From positions 96,038,001-96,102,000 of the forward strand of contig OZ024745.1 in assembly GCA_964016885.1 (NCBI GenBank): DNA of 64,000 nt, written 5' to 3'. The DNA comes from Eledone cirrhosa (taxonomy: Eukaryota). Below, one piece after another: positions 1-13,320 of this stretch; within the stretch, counting starts at the first letter, position 1; each line of letters begins with the position of its first letter. The notes below the pieces were generated by a model. That model had not been told where the DNA came from and ran no database searches. It saw nothing but the letters and a program-made list of their open reading frames with translations. The translations under genes and the position numbers were made by a program.

Positions 1-165
1 TCACATATGTGTTGTCTGAGGGCAACACATGACAACTAATTGCATACATTACAACTAATTTTGCGAAGATAAAACATGCTCGCACTGTAAAAACCTTTGA
101 ATGGGCCGCAGGTATGCTTGTAAAGGGCTGGATGTGGCCCGCAGGCCGCATGTTTGACATGCCTC
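1..165. mobile_element. 3' end of a hAT/Charlie-type non-autonomous DNA transposon (MITE)
   Basis: Repeated GGGCCGCA/GGCCCGC subterminal motifs ending in ...GGCCGCATGTTTGACATGCCT, resembling Charlie-type termini. The other end is outside the window. Confidence 0.5.
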
Positions 166-319
166 CTCTATATAATATATGTGGGCCACCTGCAAATGCT
201 GTTTTCTCTATGTTGTCCATATCTTTAAGTCCTAAGGTAATGATTTCTCTGCATCTCTTTCTAAATAATTCCCTGAGCACCTTATTATTAAAGGAGTTGT
301 TTCTGATTTCACTCTTAAT

Positions 320-769
320 TTCTTCTTCTTCTTCTTCTTCTTCTTCCTGAGAGGGTCGTGGCAGCAGAATCCTCAAACACTCCTTCCAGCGGGTCCTGTG
401 AGAAACAACTATCTCCAACTGATCTGGTTGGATCCCCAAGTGAGACCAGCAAAGCTAATGTATGTTATCCAACCATCTTACTTAGGGTCTACCCCTGAGT
501 CTCCTGCTGGTTGGTTTTTGCTGTAAAATCTGTCCAGCGATTCTTTCCAGAGACAATCTAACGACATACCCATAGTATCGGAACTGTGATCTCTCAATTT
601 TGAGAAGTAGTGGCTCTATCTGGAGTGATACTCTGATCTCAGCTATGTACTTTGTCAAGTAAAATTACTCCGAAGTCCCTTTGAAGGAATCCCATTTTGG
701 CCACTTGTATTCTTTTGATCATTACCCAAGATTCAGTACCATAGGTAAGGGTTGACACAAATACTGAAT
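320..769 (-). mobile_element. 5'-truncated RTE-clade LINE 3' fragment with (GAA)n tail and long TSD
   Basis: Minus-strand 'TLTYGTESWVM..RIQVAKMGFLQR' (RTE RT C-terminus). (TTC)n at 320-348. Flanked by a ~30-bp direct duplication (279-311 / 770-801). Confidence 0.75.
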
Positions 770-1494
770 ACCTATTATCAAAGGAGTTGTTTCTGATTTC
801 AGTCTTTACATATATAATTATATTTATATATTCCAGTGGAAGCATGTGGCCTAAGTTGTAATGGTGTTGAATTCATGATAATAAGGTTGTGTGTTTGATT
901 CCTGGACAAAATACCCCTTTTCATGTTGCTCCTTCCACCAAGAGGTGCGACTGAGATAGTATCAGCAATGGAAAGATCAATAGAAACATTGTTCCCTTGG
1001 TCCAAACTGACGATTGGAAAAAACAAATATCCAGATCTAAATATTTGGATAATTTCTCCATTTCTTTTAAAGATACATTATCTTTAATTGTGGCTTATAC
1101 TTTGATGAGGAGGTAAACTCCTGGGCTCTTCAACAAAAATATCTGGCTAATACGACTTGAGTTCCCTGTCTGTGCAAAATGGCGCATTCCAGAGTAAGGC
1201 TGCATTGTCAATTTCAGAACTTTTCCAGTGTATCTTAAACCCCTACTTTTCAGTAGGTTCTCCCATTTATCATTGGTTCTGTTGTTTCATTATATTTCAT
1301 GACTTTCATATCCTGTTTATTTCAGTTTCAAGGTCCATCTATTTTGACAGTTTTGACTCTTCCTTCCAGGCAATGTTTCAGTCAAGTATTGTACAAGTAT
1401 TTTCATTCCAGTCATTGATCATTATTTTATGTAGTCTGCACTTGATTTGAGCATCTTCTTTCACTAATATATTTTTGTAGTTTCTGCTTTTAGT

Positions 1495-1741
1495 CCACCA
1501 CTTCTGCCGCCACCACCACCACCACCACCATCATCATTACCATCACCATCATCATTACCATCATCATCGCCACCACTACCACCATCATCAGCACTGTCAT
1601 CATCATCATTACCACCACCACCACCATCATCATCATCACCACCACCACTGTCATCATCGTCAACATCATCATTATCATCATCACCATCGTCATCACCACC
1701 ACTACCACCACCACCACCACCACCACCAACAACAACAACAC

Positions 1742-1774
<33 letters not shown>

Positions 1775-1803
1775 AATCATCATCATCATCATCATCATCA
1801 TTA
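1495..1803. repeat. (CAC/CAT)n compound microsatellite
   Basis: Directly visible; explains the poly-M/V ORF. Confidence 0.95.
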
Positions 1804-1814
1804 TTGTTGTTTAA

Positions 1815-2015
1815 GCATTGGACAAATAATTAGCAGTATTTGGTCTGGCTCTTTATGTTGTGAGTTCAAATGTTGCAGAGGTCAACTTTGCCTTTCATCT
1901 TTCTGAGATCGATAAAATAAGATACCAGTCAGATATTGGGGTTAGTATAATCAACCTTCCCTTATCCCTAAAATTGCTGGCCTTGTGCCAACATTATAAA
2001 ACATTATTATTATTA
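1815..2015 (+). mobile_element. degenerate tRNA-derived SINE, (ATT)n-tailed family
   Basis: B-box GAGTTCAAAT, central GCCTTTCATC..GATCGATAAAA, 3' GGCCTTGTGCC..(ATT)n; same family as 30607-30786. Confidence 0.75.
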
Positions 2016-2144
2016 CATAGCATGTGTCGATTAAAGTTCAGAGAAAAATGTGACCTCTTTGGATAAAATAACCTAAATTGAAGCCAATATTTCCATTTTT
2101 GGTTATATTCATAATGTACTGAGACATATCGAATGGAGTTCAGC

Positions 2145-2331
2145 AGGGAGGGGGGGGGTAAGAGAGAGTGCAAGAAGGGGAGAGAGGGTGAGCGAATGAG
2201 AAATATCAAGAGAGAGGAGAGGAGGAAAGAGAGAAGAAAGGGGAAGAGAGAGAGAAAGACCGAGAGAGAGAGAAAGAAGGAAGAGGAGAGTGGGAAACAG
2301 AGAGTGAGAAAGAAAAGAAGAGTGGGAAATG

Positions 2332-2412
<81 letters not shown>
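2145..2412. repeat. purine-rich / (GA)n microsatellite
   Basis: Directly visible. Confidence 0.95.
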
Positions 2413-2415
<3 letters not shown>

Positions 2416-2741
2416 AAAAGCAAAATTATTGATTTTTAATGTGACAGTTTCATCTTGTGTTATTCTTTCTTTTTATATGTGCATGTGTACATATGAGTGT
2501 GTGTCTGTGTGTGTCTGTGTGTGTCTGTGTGTGTCTGGGTGTGTCTGTGTGTGTTTGAGTGTGTGTGTGCATACTTTCACATGTGTATTTACATTCTTAG
2601 TCTAGCAAGGAAAAAGGAAATATATATTTCATGAATGAAATTGTCAGTTTTTGCAAGGTGAAATTCAATAGCCAACTCATGTACAAGTGTGTTTACTTTT
2701 CTGGTGTATAAAAAATATACATGAGTAAAAAAATAAGAGTT

Positions 2742-2779
<38 letters not shown>

Positions 2780-2780
<1 letters not shown>

Positions 2781-3604
2781 TTAAACTAAATATTACGATA
2801 GTAGAAAGACCAGGTACCTCCATAAAAACACTTATTAGTAATACATACCCTTTTCAAAGACCTCCCTGTATAGATAAGAAATGCATAATCTGTAAACTAA
2901 GCCCCCATATTAACTGTAAAACTAGAAACATAGTATATAGCATAAGATGTACTGAAGGACAATGTAAAGATAAGAATATAGTGTACATAGGTGAGACAGC
3001 TCGTAGTATAGGAGAACGGTTAAATGAACACTGGCGAGAGCTTCAAGATAGAAAAGATTCATCAGTACTCCACCAACATGCTAAAATATAAAATAAGGGC
3101 AAATTAGAGAACATAGAAATAAAAATAAAATCTACACACAGAAAAGACGCAATATTTAGACAAATCACAGAAGCAATAAACATAAATGAACTCCAACCAA
3201 ATTTAAATAGAAAACATGAATGGAATAGCAACATCACAACTTACAATGAAGGACAAAATGAAAACACACACACATAGAACAAACAACCAACCAGTAACAT
3301 GTAAATAAACAAATAAAAACACACATGCACAAACAAAACACACAACACACACAAAAACAAGATGGCGTAGGACAGAACAAAGGAGAGGCACAAAACAAAG
3401 AGAAGAATCCCCAGTCACTGAAGAGGTCACAGAATGTGTGACGAAAGAACTTTGACAATATATGAACAACTGTCCGGTTGTGGAACCAACCAACCAACCG
3501 GAAATTTATAAATTCTTAAATTTATAAATTTAATTTATAATAAATTGGAGTGATAGCAACTGGTGCGTGTGTTTCTTATTGGCAACATGACCCTCCCAAA
3601 GCAT

Positions 3605-3610
<6 letters not shown>
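2780..3610 (+). mobile_element. Penelope-like element 3' fragment (Zn-finger + GIY-YIG endonuclease, Neptune-like) in (TA)n
   Basis: 'C..KKC.IC....NCKTRNIVYSIRC...VYIGETARSIGERLNEH...RQITEA.NI....P.LNRKHEW' with a stop at ~3089; flanked by (TA)n on both sides; hammerhead in the 3' UTR. Clade assignment is tentative. Confidence 0.85.
3414..3456 (+). ncRNA. minimal type-I hammerhead ribozyme (PLE-type, slightly degenerate)
   Basis: GUCA-CUGAAGA-g-GUCACA gaaug UGUGAC-GAAA-GAAC-UU-UGAC: helix I GUCA/UGAC, 6-bp helix II, very short helix III. Confidence 0.7.
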
Positions 3611-3639
<29 letters not shown>

Positions 3640-3642
<3 letters not shown>

Positions 3643-4115
3643 TCACCATCACCATCACTGTTTCACTGTTTAAAGTCCATTTTCCATTCTGGCAAGGGTT
3701 ACATGAGTTGCTCCATTGTGAGACAAGCCGTGTCTGGTGACCATGACTTGCTCAAACAGGACTGATTTTGGCTTTGCTTCTAACACCAACCACATTTACA
3801 GAGTGAGCTGGGTGCTTTTTATCATGACACCTACATGACTATTTTAAAGTGTGGGCTGGGTGCCTTTTGTCATGAAACCTACTCGACCACTTTACATTGT
3901 GGGCTGGGTGCCTTTTGACATGAAACCTACACAACCACTTTACATTGCGGGCTGGGTGCCTTTTGACGTGAAACCTACACAACCACTTTATATTGTGGGC
4001 TGGGTGCCTTTTGTCATGAAACCTACACAACCACTTTACATTGTGGGCTGGCTGCCTTTTGTCGTGAAACCTACACGACCACTTTACATTGTGGGCTGGG
4101 TCCTTTTTGTCATAC
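3640..4115 (-). mobile_element. RTE-tailed SINE-like repeat with an internal 48-bp minisatellite (~5.5 copies, 3851-4112)
   Basis: Shares the (GAT)n tail and 3' end of the RTE at 42620-42670. Unit GTGGGCTGGGTGCCTTTTGTCATGAAACCTACACAACCACTTTACATT. Related copies near 6190-6500, 14600-15060, 16870-17120(+), 34380-34750, 35270-35700, 43740-43870. Confidence 0.75.
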
Positions 4116-5379
4116 TATGAATCTTGATAGCTTTTTCTTTATCAGTTTCAAGATGTCCTCACACTCCTTAAACATATCATCATCATCAATTTTACATCTA
4201 TTTTGTAGTACTGCCATGTGTTTGACAAGACTATTTGAGGCAGACATCTACTGTTGAATGCCATTTCTGATGCCAACACTTTTCTTTAGTTTTGTTTTTT
4301 ATTAGGATATGGGTCCTTGCACATCTAACTGCTGAGAAGGAAAAAAAACATGGATATAGAGGGAAAGGGAATTTCAGAGAATCGATGTTCAGGGAAACAA
4401 GAGCTGGGCATAGTTAAGGGTATGTATTGTGGCATCAGATCTCTGTGTGTCCATGGTCAAATTACATAACTCTCAAATGTCAGTTCCACCTAATTCTAAG
4501 TTGTTGATTAATCTCAGTTAACCTGATCCAGCAAACCAATGGTTACAGGTATTTCAAAAATTGTAATCCTCCCATCTTTTTTTCAAACTTACTGTATCTA
4601 AGAGTACATTATTCAATGTGTCACTGTTTCATTTTAAAGATGATAGGCTGTGATTTGTGAGAGATTTAGATGCTATTTCTAGCAGATTGAGCATCCATGT
4701 AGAAGCACAGTCAAGTATCACAGGTGGCATAACTCACTGTTGTTGAACAGAAAAATAATTGTTCATACCAAGAGAGAAGTTACATGTAATACACTAGCAT
4801 CCTCTCCAAGCAAAGATTTAAAGATTTACTCTCATCCTTTTAATGTTATGAATGAATGATATAAACATCAGCTCAAAGAATCTTGGGTTAACTGTATTAT
4901 ATATCAATTGACTATTCAGAACCTCCTAGTTGATTTAAGAGTTCAATGTTCTTGACTTTATTGATCAAGAGTTTAACCCCAGCTGAAACATAGTTGCTGT
5001 TGTTTAACCCTAGCTAAAGCTTGATTGAGTTGACCCATGGTCAAGATCATTATCTCCATGACCATCTTGTATGTTTTTTGTTTAAGATATTGGGGCTTGG
5101 TTTGAATAAATTTCGTTGCTTTTTCTATCATGTTCAATGACCTCATAAAGGCTTCCTTTTGTTTCATCCAGCTTTGACATGTGTATATTTGTGGGTTTAT
5201 AGGATTAAGATACCTGAAGACAACCATATATTAAAACCTTTAACATTTAATGATGAAAAGCAAAGCACTAAATTACATTCCATTTGTAAACTACCTACCA
5301 TTTTATATTCTTTTTTTACTGTTTAGTCAGGCAAAGAACATCAAGATTTTATTAATTTTCCACTGAACACTTCTTTGGT

Positions 5380-5620
5380 CATTCATATTTTTCACTTGAA
5401 TGAAATTTCTTCAAAGAATATTTATCATTTTTTTTTTTTTAAGATCACTCTGCAACTCAAGTCAATACTCAGTTTACAATGCAACAGTCCTATTACTATA
5501 GATTTATTCATTAAAGCTCTTTCAAATGTTCTTCATCATGGAAAATATCCTTTCAGTGAAAGCAGAAGTGTCTGGTAAACTATAATGTGCTTCATAACTT
5601 GCCTGAGTTTAGTTATAGAA
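5380..5620 (-). pseudogene. decayed hAT transposase C-terminal (dimerisation) domain
   Basis: Manual minus-strand translation: 'LPDTSAFTERIFSMMKNI*..MNKSIVIGLLHCKLSIDLSC..NDKYSLKKFHSSEKYE*', matching the hAT motif P.TS...ER.FS; contains a stop and frameshifts. Confidence 0.7.
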
Positions 5621-6499
5621 ATACCTGAAGATTTATAATAATTAGAATAATGTGTAAAAATATATTATTAAAAGTTATAAACATCATATTTCATCATTTA
5701 TTAAAGAGTAATATATTACATACTGACAGCGAAGTTCTTGTCATCATTAGTGGCTTGCCTTACTCAGGCGATGCCTGTGAGGGTACCTAGTTGTTTCAGT
5801 GCCTTAGCCTCGCCATCACCTGTGGTAATGCTGCAAGCATATTGACTTGCCTCAAAATATTCCATTGACCATGTGATATGCAGTTGATTGTCACACTTGG
5901 TGGTGAATTGATGGTCGTTTTTGCTTTTCTTTCCCTTTTTTCCTTCTATCACTTTTATCGTATATTTTGGTGCATTATGTTTGTGGGGTTCCTAGCAATA
6001 GTTAATTGTATTTATTATATATGTTCATATTTGTGTTTATATTTTCACTCTGAAAGTCTTGTCAACAATTTGTAATGTTATTTATATTACATACTACATT
6101 TAATTTTAAGAAGAAGGAATAGCAATTATAAATGAAAATGTAAATAAAAATATTTATAATCAAACTAAACAGTTATCTGTATACAATATCATCATCATCA
6201 CCGTTTTACGTCCATTTTTCCATGCTAGCACAGGTTAGGCAAGTTGTCCTATTGTGGGCAATGCCAAATCAGGTGACCATGTCTTGCTTATACAGAACTG
6301 ATTTTGGCTTGATTTCTACAGCTGGATGCCCTTCCTAATACCAACCTCATTTACAATGAGTACCGGGTGCTTTTTATCATGGCGCTACAAGATCACTTTA
6401 CATTGTAGACTGGGTGCTTTTTGTCATGACATCTACATGACCACTCTAGTGGGAGGGGGTGATACATACTGTCTATATGCTTCAGCTTCGGCGTAATGC

Positions 6500-7270
6500 C
6501 AGAGGTCTCAGTCCTGTGTCATCACCTTTGAGAGGTGCAATTGGGCAAGATCAGCTTTTATTACCTCATCCCAGGTCTTCTTGGGTCTCCCCACTCCAAG
6601 GCTTCCATCCACTTTCAGCGCTCTGCACCTTTTTATGCAGCTGTCATTCTTCATACGTATCACATGTCCATACCAACATAATCTCCTCTCCTGCACACAG
6701 CATTTGATTCCTCTTTAGTCTCTCTCTCTCAATATCATACACAGTTATTTCCTGACATTCAACAGAAATCTGATAAATCCCTTTGATGAATTTTAAAAAA
6801 AGCTCAACACAAATTATACAACAGGCAAAATATCGGAATATCAGCAGCCTGTCTGAGGAAGGACCCCCACAACATGGGATGGCTGTTGCAGCAAGTGTCA
6901 CTGGCCATTGTCTGCAGAAAACCCTTTGCAGATTTGTCTGCAGGGTGTTGCTGAAACACTGCTCCGACCTAGGCATAGAGCCTGTCACCCTCTCCCCTTC
7001 TCCCTCTTTCTTCCATGGCCTAATAGTATTTGCTCTTTCCCTCTTTTTCCTCTCATTTATGGCATTTATAGTCCTTTCCTTTACTTCCTTATACATGCCC
7101 ACAGTATGTTGTCCATGCCTCATATCCATACAGCAAAGCTGTAAGCATACATGCTTGATACACTTCAACTTTCATGTGCATACTGATATCTGACTGTGAC
7201 CACAGGAACTTCTCCAGCTTACCAAAAGCAAAGGAAGCTTCGGACAACTGGTAGCTTCATACATACATAA
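6500..7270 (-). mobile_element. RTE LINE RT C-terminal fragments
   Basis: 'QERRLCWYGHV.RM...GRPKKTW' (6508-6696) and an 'LLYGYETWATY'-type segment near 7100-7200. Confidence 0.7.
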
Positions 7271-7594
7271 TACATGATGGCTGCAAACTCTGCTAAGAAT
7301 ATTGCAATCGTTTGTCAGATTACAGAAAATGGTGCACTTTTAAGCTACGGCCAGCCACATGAACCTGTAACATAACTTGAACAAGCAATGCCTGTACTTT
7401 GAAGGTTTTGCCTTGCACTCGACCATTCCCACTCTCTGAACATTTAAAACACTACCCGTAAAGGAGAACTGGTAAACATCATCCGATGCTTCCAAAGCTG
7501 CAGGTTTTTTTTTCAGAGTTTCCCTCTCTTAGAAAGGTGTTGTGACAACTGGGGGTCTTTCGCTCCCAGGTAAAAAACAAAAAAAATACTATTT

Positions 7595-8312
7595 GAATGG
7601 CCGTTGACTCTGCTGAGTTCCTCCGCCCTTTGCCAAGTCTTGTATTTCATCCTGCAGGGTGTCCAAATATCACCCTCCTCACCAAGCAAGCTTGGTGGGG
7701 TTGCTGGTTTAGTCACTGATGACATGAGACATAATACATACATACATACATGATGGCTGCCCCCTCGTTATCGAGTATGGCCATTGCACGATATACCATT
7801 ATTAATAATTATTAATTAATTCTATCGTGCAATGCCTGTGCGTGAAGATATTTTTTAAAGTGAGGAAAGACTGTGCACTGAGCCAATCCCACTCTCTGAG
7901 CGACAGTAGCTATAATCCGAAAAGAAGAAAAGATCAACATCCTCGGTAACTACTGAGCCGCAGGTTTTATATCGGAGTTATCCCAGTTTCCTGAGTTGCC
8001 TTCTCCTAGAAGAATACCTGACAAAGGCTAGAGGTCCTTCACTCCCAGTGGTTTAACCGTGCGATCGGATGTCAAGCCCGACTATTTCTATGTCCCTGCG
8101 CATATACACACACATGCACCCATGTATATACACATATACATATACATACATATGTACATGTGTATATACATATTTACACACTTTTGGATGGCCGTTGACT
8201 CTTATGAGTTCTTCTGCCCTTTGTCAGGTTTTGTTTTTTGTTCTGCAGGGTGTCCAAAATCACCCTCCTCACCAAGTAAACTTGGTGGGGTTGCCGGTTT
8301 AGTCGCCGATGT
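7595..8312 (-). repeat. two diverged copies of a ~120-bp unit (7598-7720, 8189-8311) next to (CATA)n, probably LINE 5' UTR remnants
   Basis: Direct repeat TGGCCGTTGACTC...CTGCAGGGTGTCCAAA..CACCCTCCTCACCAAG..CTTGGTGGGGTTGC.GGTTTAGTC. The LINE origin is an inference. Confidence 0.5.
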
Positions 8313-9368
8313 ACATACATACATAAATACATACATAAGATTATAGATACTAGTTCAATTACATCCATACATGGTTATTGAGAGGTGGAATTTGTGGTTT
8401 ATATTTTAATAGATAAAATAAAACATGTCATATAAAAAATATGAAATATGAACCAAATAATGATATGATGTTAATATCTAGTTCTCAGATCTTGCAAAAC
8501 TAAATTGAATATATTCACTAAAATAAAACTAATAACATATAAAAAAGATAATAGAAATGTTGATATTATCATGGTAGCATTATGGTTATTGATGTGCCGA
8601 GTGTGACTAAACACCTAGTTAGTAATTCTAGTTGATAGTATGGAAAAAATGGTTTCAGAGGAAAATATTTTCAAAGAGGTCACATATGCAAATGTTAGTT
8701 GCAGCAGAATAATTTTGACACTAGTTCGATCAAATGACTAACAGAATGTGCATAATTTCCTTTGATATTGTATTATTTTTGAATATTTTCATAGTTTGAA
8801 TAAATAATGTAATCAGAATTAATTTTCTAAGAATATAGATAAAAATAAATAGAATTAGATAGAATAAATATAATATAAATTAAAAAATTTACATATGAAA
8901 ATGAAAATATCTTACATTTATGAGATATTGAGTGTGAATTTAAGTATTGTTTTGAGAGTATGTATGTTTGTTTTCATATATATTCTTCAAATCTTCACTG
9001 GATTTTTTCTTTAGGCCTTATGCTATTTAACCTTTGATATTTATCTAATTTCAGGGATTTTAAACTGTTATTTTAAAATGAATCTAATATATCTTTCTCT
9101 CAATTTATTAGATATTCTATTGATTTACATTTTTAATATTTTTAAAATTTTGACAACTTTGAATGTGTAGAAATTTTAGGTTTCTTCTTCTTCTTGGAAA
9201 TGTCATGGGGGCCAAATCCACAAGAACATCTTCCGGCAACTGTCGCCAATTGATCAGGCTGGATCCCCAGTTTCCAATTAGTAATAATCATGCTTTACAC
9301 AAACTTCATTGACTATAGCATTGCCTAAAATAACAAAGAAATTATTAGTAAGTCACATGGTAATAATT

Positions 9369-9554
9369 ATTTCTACTTTTGGCACAAGGCCAGCAATTAT
9401 CCCAATGCATTACTGGTACTTTATTTTATCGACCCCGGAAGGCTGAAAGGCAAAGTTAACCTCGGCAAATTTGAACTCAGAACACAAAGGGCCATAACTC
9501 TAAGCTGCAAAGCATGGTGTCTGATGCTCTACCGATACTGCCAAACCACCGCCC
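9369..9554 (-). mobile_element. tRNA-derived SINE, (ATT)n-tailed family
   Basis: A-box TGGCAGTATCGG, B-box GAGTTCAAAT on the minus strand; flanked by an apparent duplication TCACATGGTAATAAT. Confidence 0.85.
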
Positions 9555-10174
9555 AATATCACATGGTAATAATATTGATAAAATATAGAAAATAATTGAC
9601 TTAACTCTTTGAGTCAGAAACTAGAATTGGATTTGTCAATCATAACAATATCTTATCAGTCACATGACTTACACCTCTAACAGTAAGGTCATAAATGTTT
9701 TATTCAATTAATCTTGAAATATCATTATTGTACACAAGAATGATCTCACATATATCCATTCATATACTGAATCATCACATCAGTGAAGTAACCGCTATGT
9801 GGTTATATAACCTGCAAGAAATAGCAGCCAAATATCTCTAGAATCACACCTTACTGCTGTAAATAAGGAAAGGACATATTTGGTAATGTAGTTTAACATA
9901 CATCCTACAAAGATGGAATATTAATAGTTATAGGTCTTCTTGATCCATTTTAAGCTGGCTCTATCGTTTACTTTCTCTCTCTCTCCACACACACATGCAC
10001 ACACACACACTCACACATGTACACACATACACACACACATGCACACTCAAACACCACTCACATACATAGTGAGCTGGTGTGTATGGAAAATATTTGTTCT
10101 ATATACAAATAAATACATAAATAAATATAACACTGATATAAACATAAACATCTTTTCTCATATATTGTGTAAGC

Positions 10175-10460
10175 ATGCACTCATTCACAAGGTAGAAAGA
10201 ATTTAGTGGTCTGGCAAATCTATTTTGTTTAGTTGAAAAGGTTTAAATTACTGCCTGGATGTCAAATTGATATGCACTGACTAGTGAAGGAATATGAATC
10301 ATAAAATTGAAACTGCACTCAACTCATTATATAATAAAGCAATCTCCCTGGGTTGGTAGCCTAACTTTTGTTCAATATCACCTCTCCTTATTTTGGTAAA
10401 TTAATAGATTTGCCAGCCTACTAAATGTTATCAGTTTGCTGATGAGTGTGCGGATGCATG
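10175..10460. mobile_element. possible MITE with imperfect inverted repeats
   Basis: ATTTAGTGGTCTGGCAAATCTATT (10201-10224) versus AATAGATTTGCCAGCCTACTAAAT (10403-10426); weaker outer matches. Confidence 0.45.
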
Positions 10461-10944
10461 AAATCTGAGAAGTTGGAGAAGAAATGATTGTTTATACAAA
10501 CATTTTATAGAGTTAAGTTCAATGTCGGAATATATGCAGTTTAAATTATAAACTTCTCAGTGAAAACAAACAAATGTAAATACATTTTTTTGTACATAGA
10601 AAATTATTAAGGTTATTTTAATATCTTTTTGTCAGTAGACAAGTGCCTCCAAAGAGAAATATAGCAAATATATATTTATATATCAAACACAATACTACTA
10701 CCTGGCTCTTTGGTGCTTTTAATGCAAGTATTCAGGCCAGGTCTCTTATTTGAGGTTACCATCTTTCCTCCCATTCACCAATCTTGGACGGTGTAACAAG
10801 GCTGGACCTTTAGATTACAGTTACAATCTATCTGACAGACTTCTGCACAGTTCGTACCTACTCAATTTGACCTTCAACACTTGAATCAACCTAATGAACA
10901 AACAAAACACTTGCTCATGATATCATGTAGTGGAATTGCTAGTC

Positions 10945-11620
10945 CCTCCAGGATTTTCCATATGTATATTACTGCGTATCTCTCCTGTCTTCGTTCCAAG
11001 GAGTGGAGTTTCAGTTCTTTTAGCCTCTCCCAGTAGCTCATCTCCTTCATTGTGGCAATCCTCTTAATGTAGCTTCATTGGATTGCCTCAAGCTCTGTGG
11101 TTAGTTTGATACTATGGGGTGACCACAGCTGGGAGGAGCAGTAGTCCAGCCAGCTTAGGACAAATTTCCTCCATTGTATCAACATAGTCTCTCGGTCTCT
11201 TGTCTAGAAAGTCCTCAAGATCCAGCCAGCGAGTTGCCTGCACATCGTTGCCACTGTCATGATGTGTGAAGAAAAAGATGTATCATTGCTCATATCTATC
11301 ACCAGATCTCATATCGATTTCGACATGGGGATTTCGATCCCTCGTGGTCCAGTGTAGCTGTGTTGTATTGTCTTTGTGTTTGCAGATTGGTATTGTAGGG
11401 CTTGAAATTTTCCAGCATTAAACTGCCTGTTGTTGTCCTCAGCCCATTTGTATATGGCATCCAGATCTTGTTGTAAAAGGTCAGTATCAGCTGGGTTTTT
11501 GATCGCCTTTGTGTCATCATCATAGATAATAAGGGATGTTGTATGTACTACAGAGGGCATGTCTGAGGGAGCCACCAAAAACAGTGGTGGTCCCAATACT
11601 GTGCCCTGGGGCACCCCACT
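10945..11620 (-). mobile_element. CR1/L2-group LINE RT fragment
   Basis: 'VPQGTVLGPPLFL...YDDDTK...LQQDLDAIYKWAEDNNRQFNAGKFQ'; frameshifted. Confidence 0.85.
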
Positions 11621-11685
11621 TTTATATATATATATATATATTAATTCAAAATATTAACAAAAATAGACATTCGTGTGATCAAGTA

Positions 11686-11752
11686 TATTTTATTATACAT
11701 ATTTCAGAGGTACTGAGCTAACTTCAACAGTACGTCCTCAGCAGATAAAATA
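11686..11752 (-). ncRNA. mirror copy of hammerhead A1 with a mutated core (CUGCUGA)
   Basis: Reverse complement of 12941-13007 with A6->C. Confidence 0.7.
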
Positions 11753-12940
11753 AGATGATGCATGACATACTCTGACATAGTAGATGGTTAAGATTCAGTC
11801 ATGGTAGTGAATAAGATATGACAAAACGCAATATTTATATACCTTAAGATTGAGACATGAACAAATTTACATATAATACAGAGGGTGCGTGTGAGAAAGC
11901 TTAAAAATACATAATAGCAATTTACATAACTGTTAGAGATTCAAATAATTTAAATTATTGAAGAAAGAAGAAAGAAAGAAGAAAGACAGAGAGAAACAGA
12001 TGAGGAGAAAATATAGTTACTAGAAGTATAGAAAGCAAAAGAGAATTGATCAAGGATAGAGAGACAAGGAGGAATAATTTTTATAGTATAAAGCATAGGG
12101 AGGAAGGTTTGTATTGTCGTGGATAAATAGCGTGTGATTAGATAATGCAAAAATTATATATATCTATACAAACACATGAATATACATTTAGGCATAGCTT
12201 TGTGAAAGAGTAAACTCGAATCTTTGAATTATTGAATTATCTAGAAGTATCCATCAATCTAAATATTAAATATATCTGATACATTTTGATTAATTCATTA
12301 TTCTAAACTAACATAAATGATTTGAAATTTAATGGTCAGCCAGATACGTTTGGATATATATAGTGTATATAATTAATTGTTAGTATATTTCTAATTAACT
12401 AAGGACTCGAAATTAAACCCAGATATATTTAATATTTAGATTGATGGATACTTCTAGATAATTCAATAATTCAAAGATTCGAGTTTACTCTTTCACAAAG
12501 CTATGCCTAAATGTATATTCATGTGTTTGTATAGATATATATAATTTTTGCATTATCTAATCACACCCTATTCATCCAAGACAATACAAACCTCCCTCCC
12601 TATGCTTTATATTATAAAAATTATTCCTCCTTGTCTCTCTATCCTTTATCAATTCTCTTTTGCTTTCTATACTTCTAGTAACTATATTTTCTCCTCATCT
12701 GTTTCTCTCTGCCTTCTTTCTTTCTTCTTTCTTCAATAATTTAAATTATTTGAATCTCTAACAGTTATGTAAATTGCTATTATGTATTTTTAAGCTTTCT
12801 CACACGCACCCTCTGTATTATATGTAAATTTTTTCATGTCTCAATCTTAAGGTATATAAATATTGCGTTTTGTCATATCTTATTCACTACCATGAAGAAT
12901 CTTAACCATCTACTATGTCAGGGTATGTCATGCATCATCT

Positions 12941-13007
12941 TATTTTATCTGATGAGGACGTACTGTTGAAGTTAGCTCAGTACCTCTGAAATATGTATAA
13001 TAAAATA
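12941..13007 (+). ncRNA. minimal type-I hammerhead ribozyme A1
   Basis: UAUUUUAU-CUGAUGA-GGACGUACUG..CAGUACCUCU-GAAA-UAUGUA-UA|AUAAAAUA: perfect 8-bp helix I, 10-bp helix II with one C.C mismatch, self-complementary helix III. Confidence 0.85.
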
Positions 13008-13320
13008 TACTTGATCACACGAATGTTTATTTTTGTTAATATTTTGAATTAATATTAATAACTCCGGAAAACCAATACTGTTGAGTTCTTCCAATCTATT
13101 GTAAAACTCATTCTTTGATTTATTCATTGAACCTTGTTTAACCTTTAAATATATATATATATATCTTTCTTTTTCTCCGTAACCCAACGGCTTATTTTAA
13201 AAATATCCAATACTAATAATATAATTAAAGTTACAACTCCACTATCCGGGAGCTTCCAACAGTAATGGTTGCATTCTTTAAGGGTATGTAAATATTTATT
13301 TATAAAACTGATCTATATTA

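Noticed and set aside
1490-2432. Poly-M/V, ER- and LS-repeat ORFs (also at 16.2-16.9, 32.1, 46.9, 58.4 and 62.2 kb)
   Set aside because: Translations of microsatellites.
4973-5227. 84-aa minus-strand ORF with a plausible splice acceptor
   Set aside because: No recognisable motif or partner exons; cannot be distinguished from chance.
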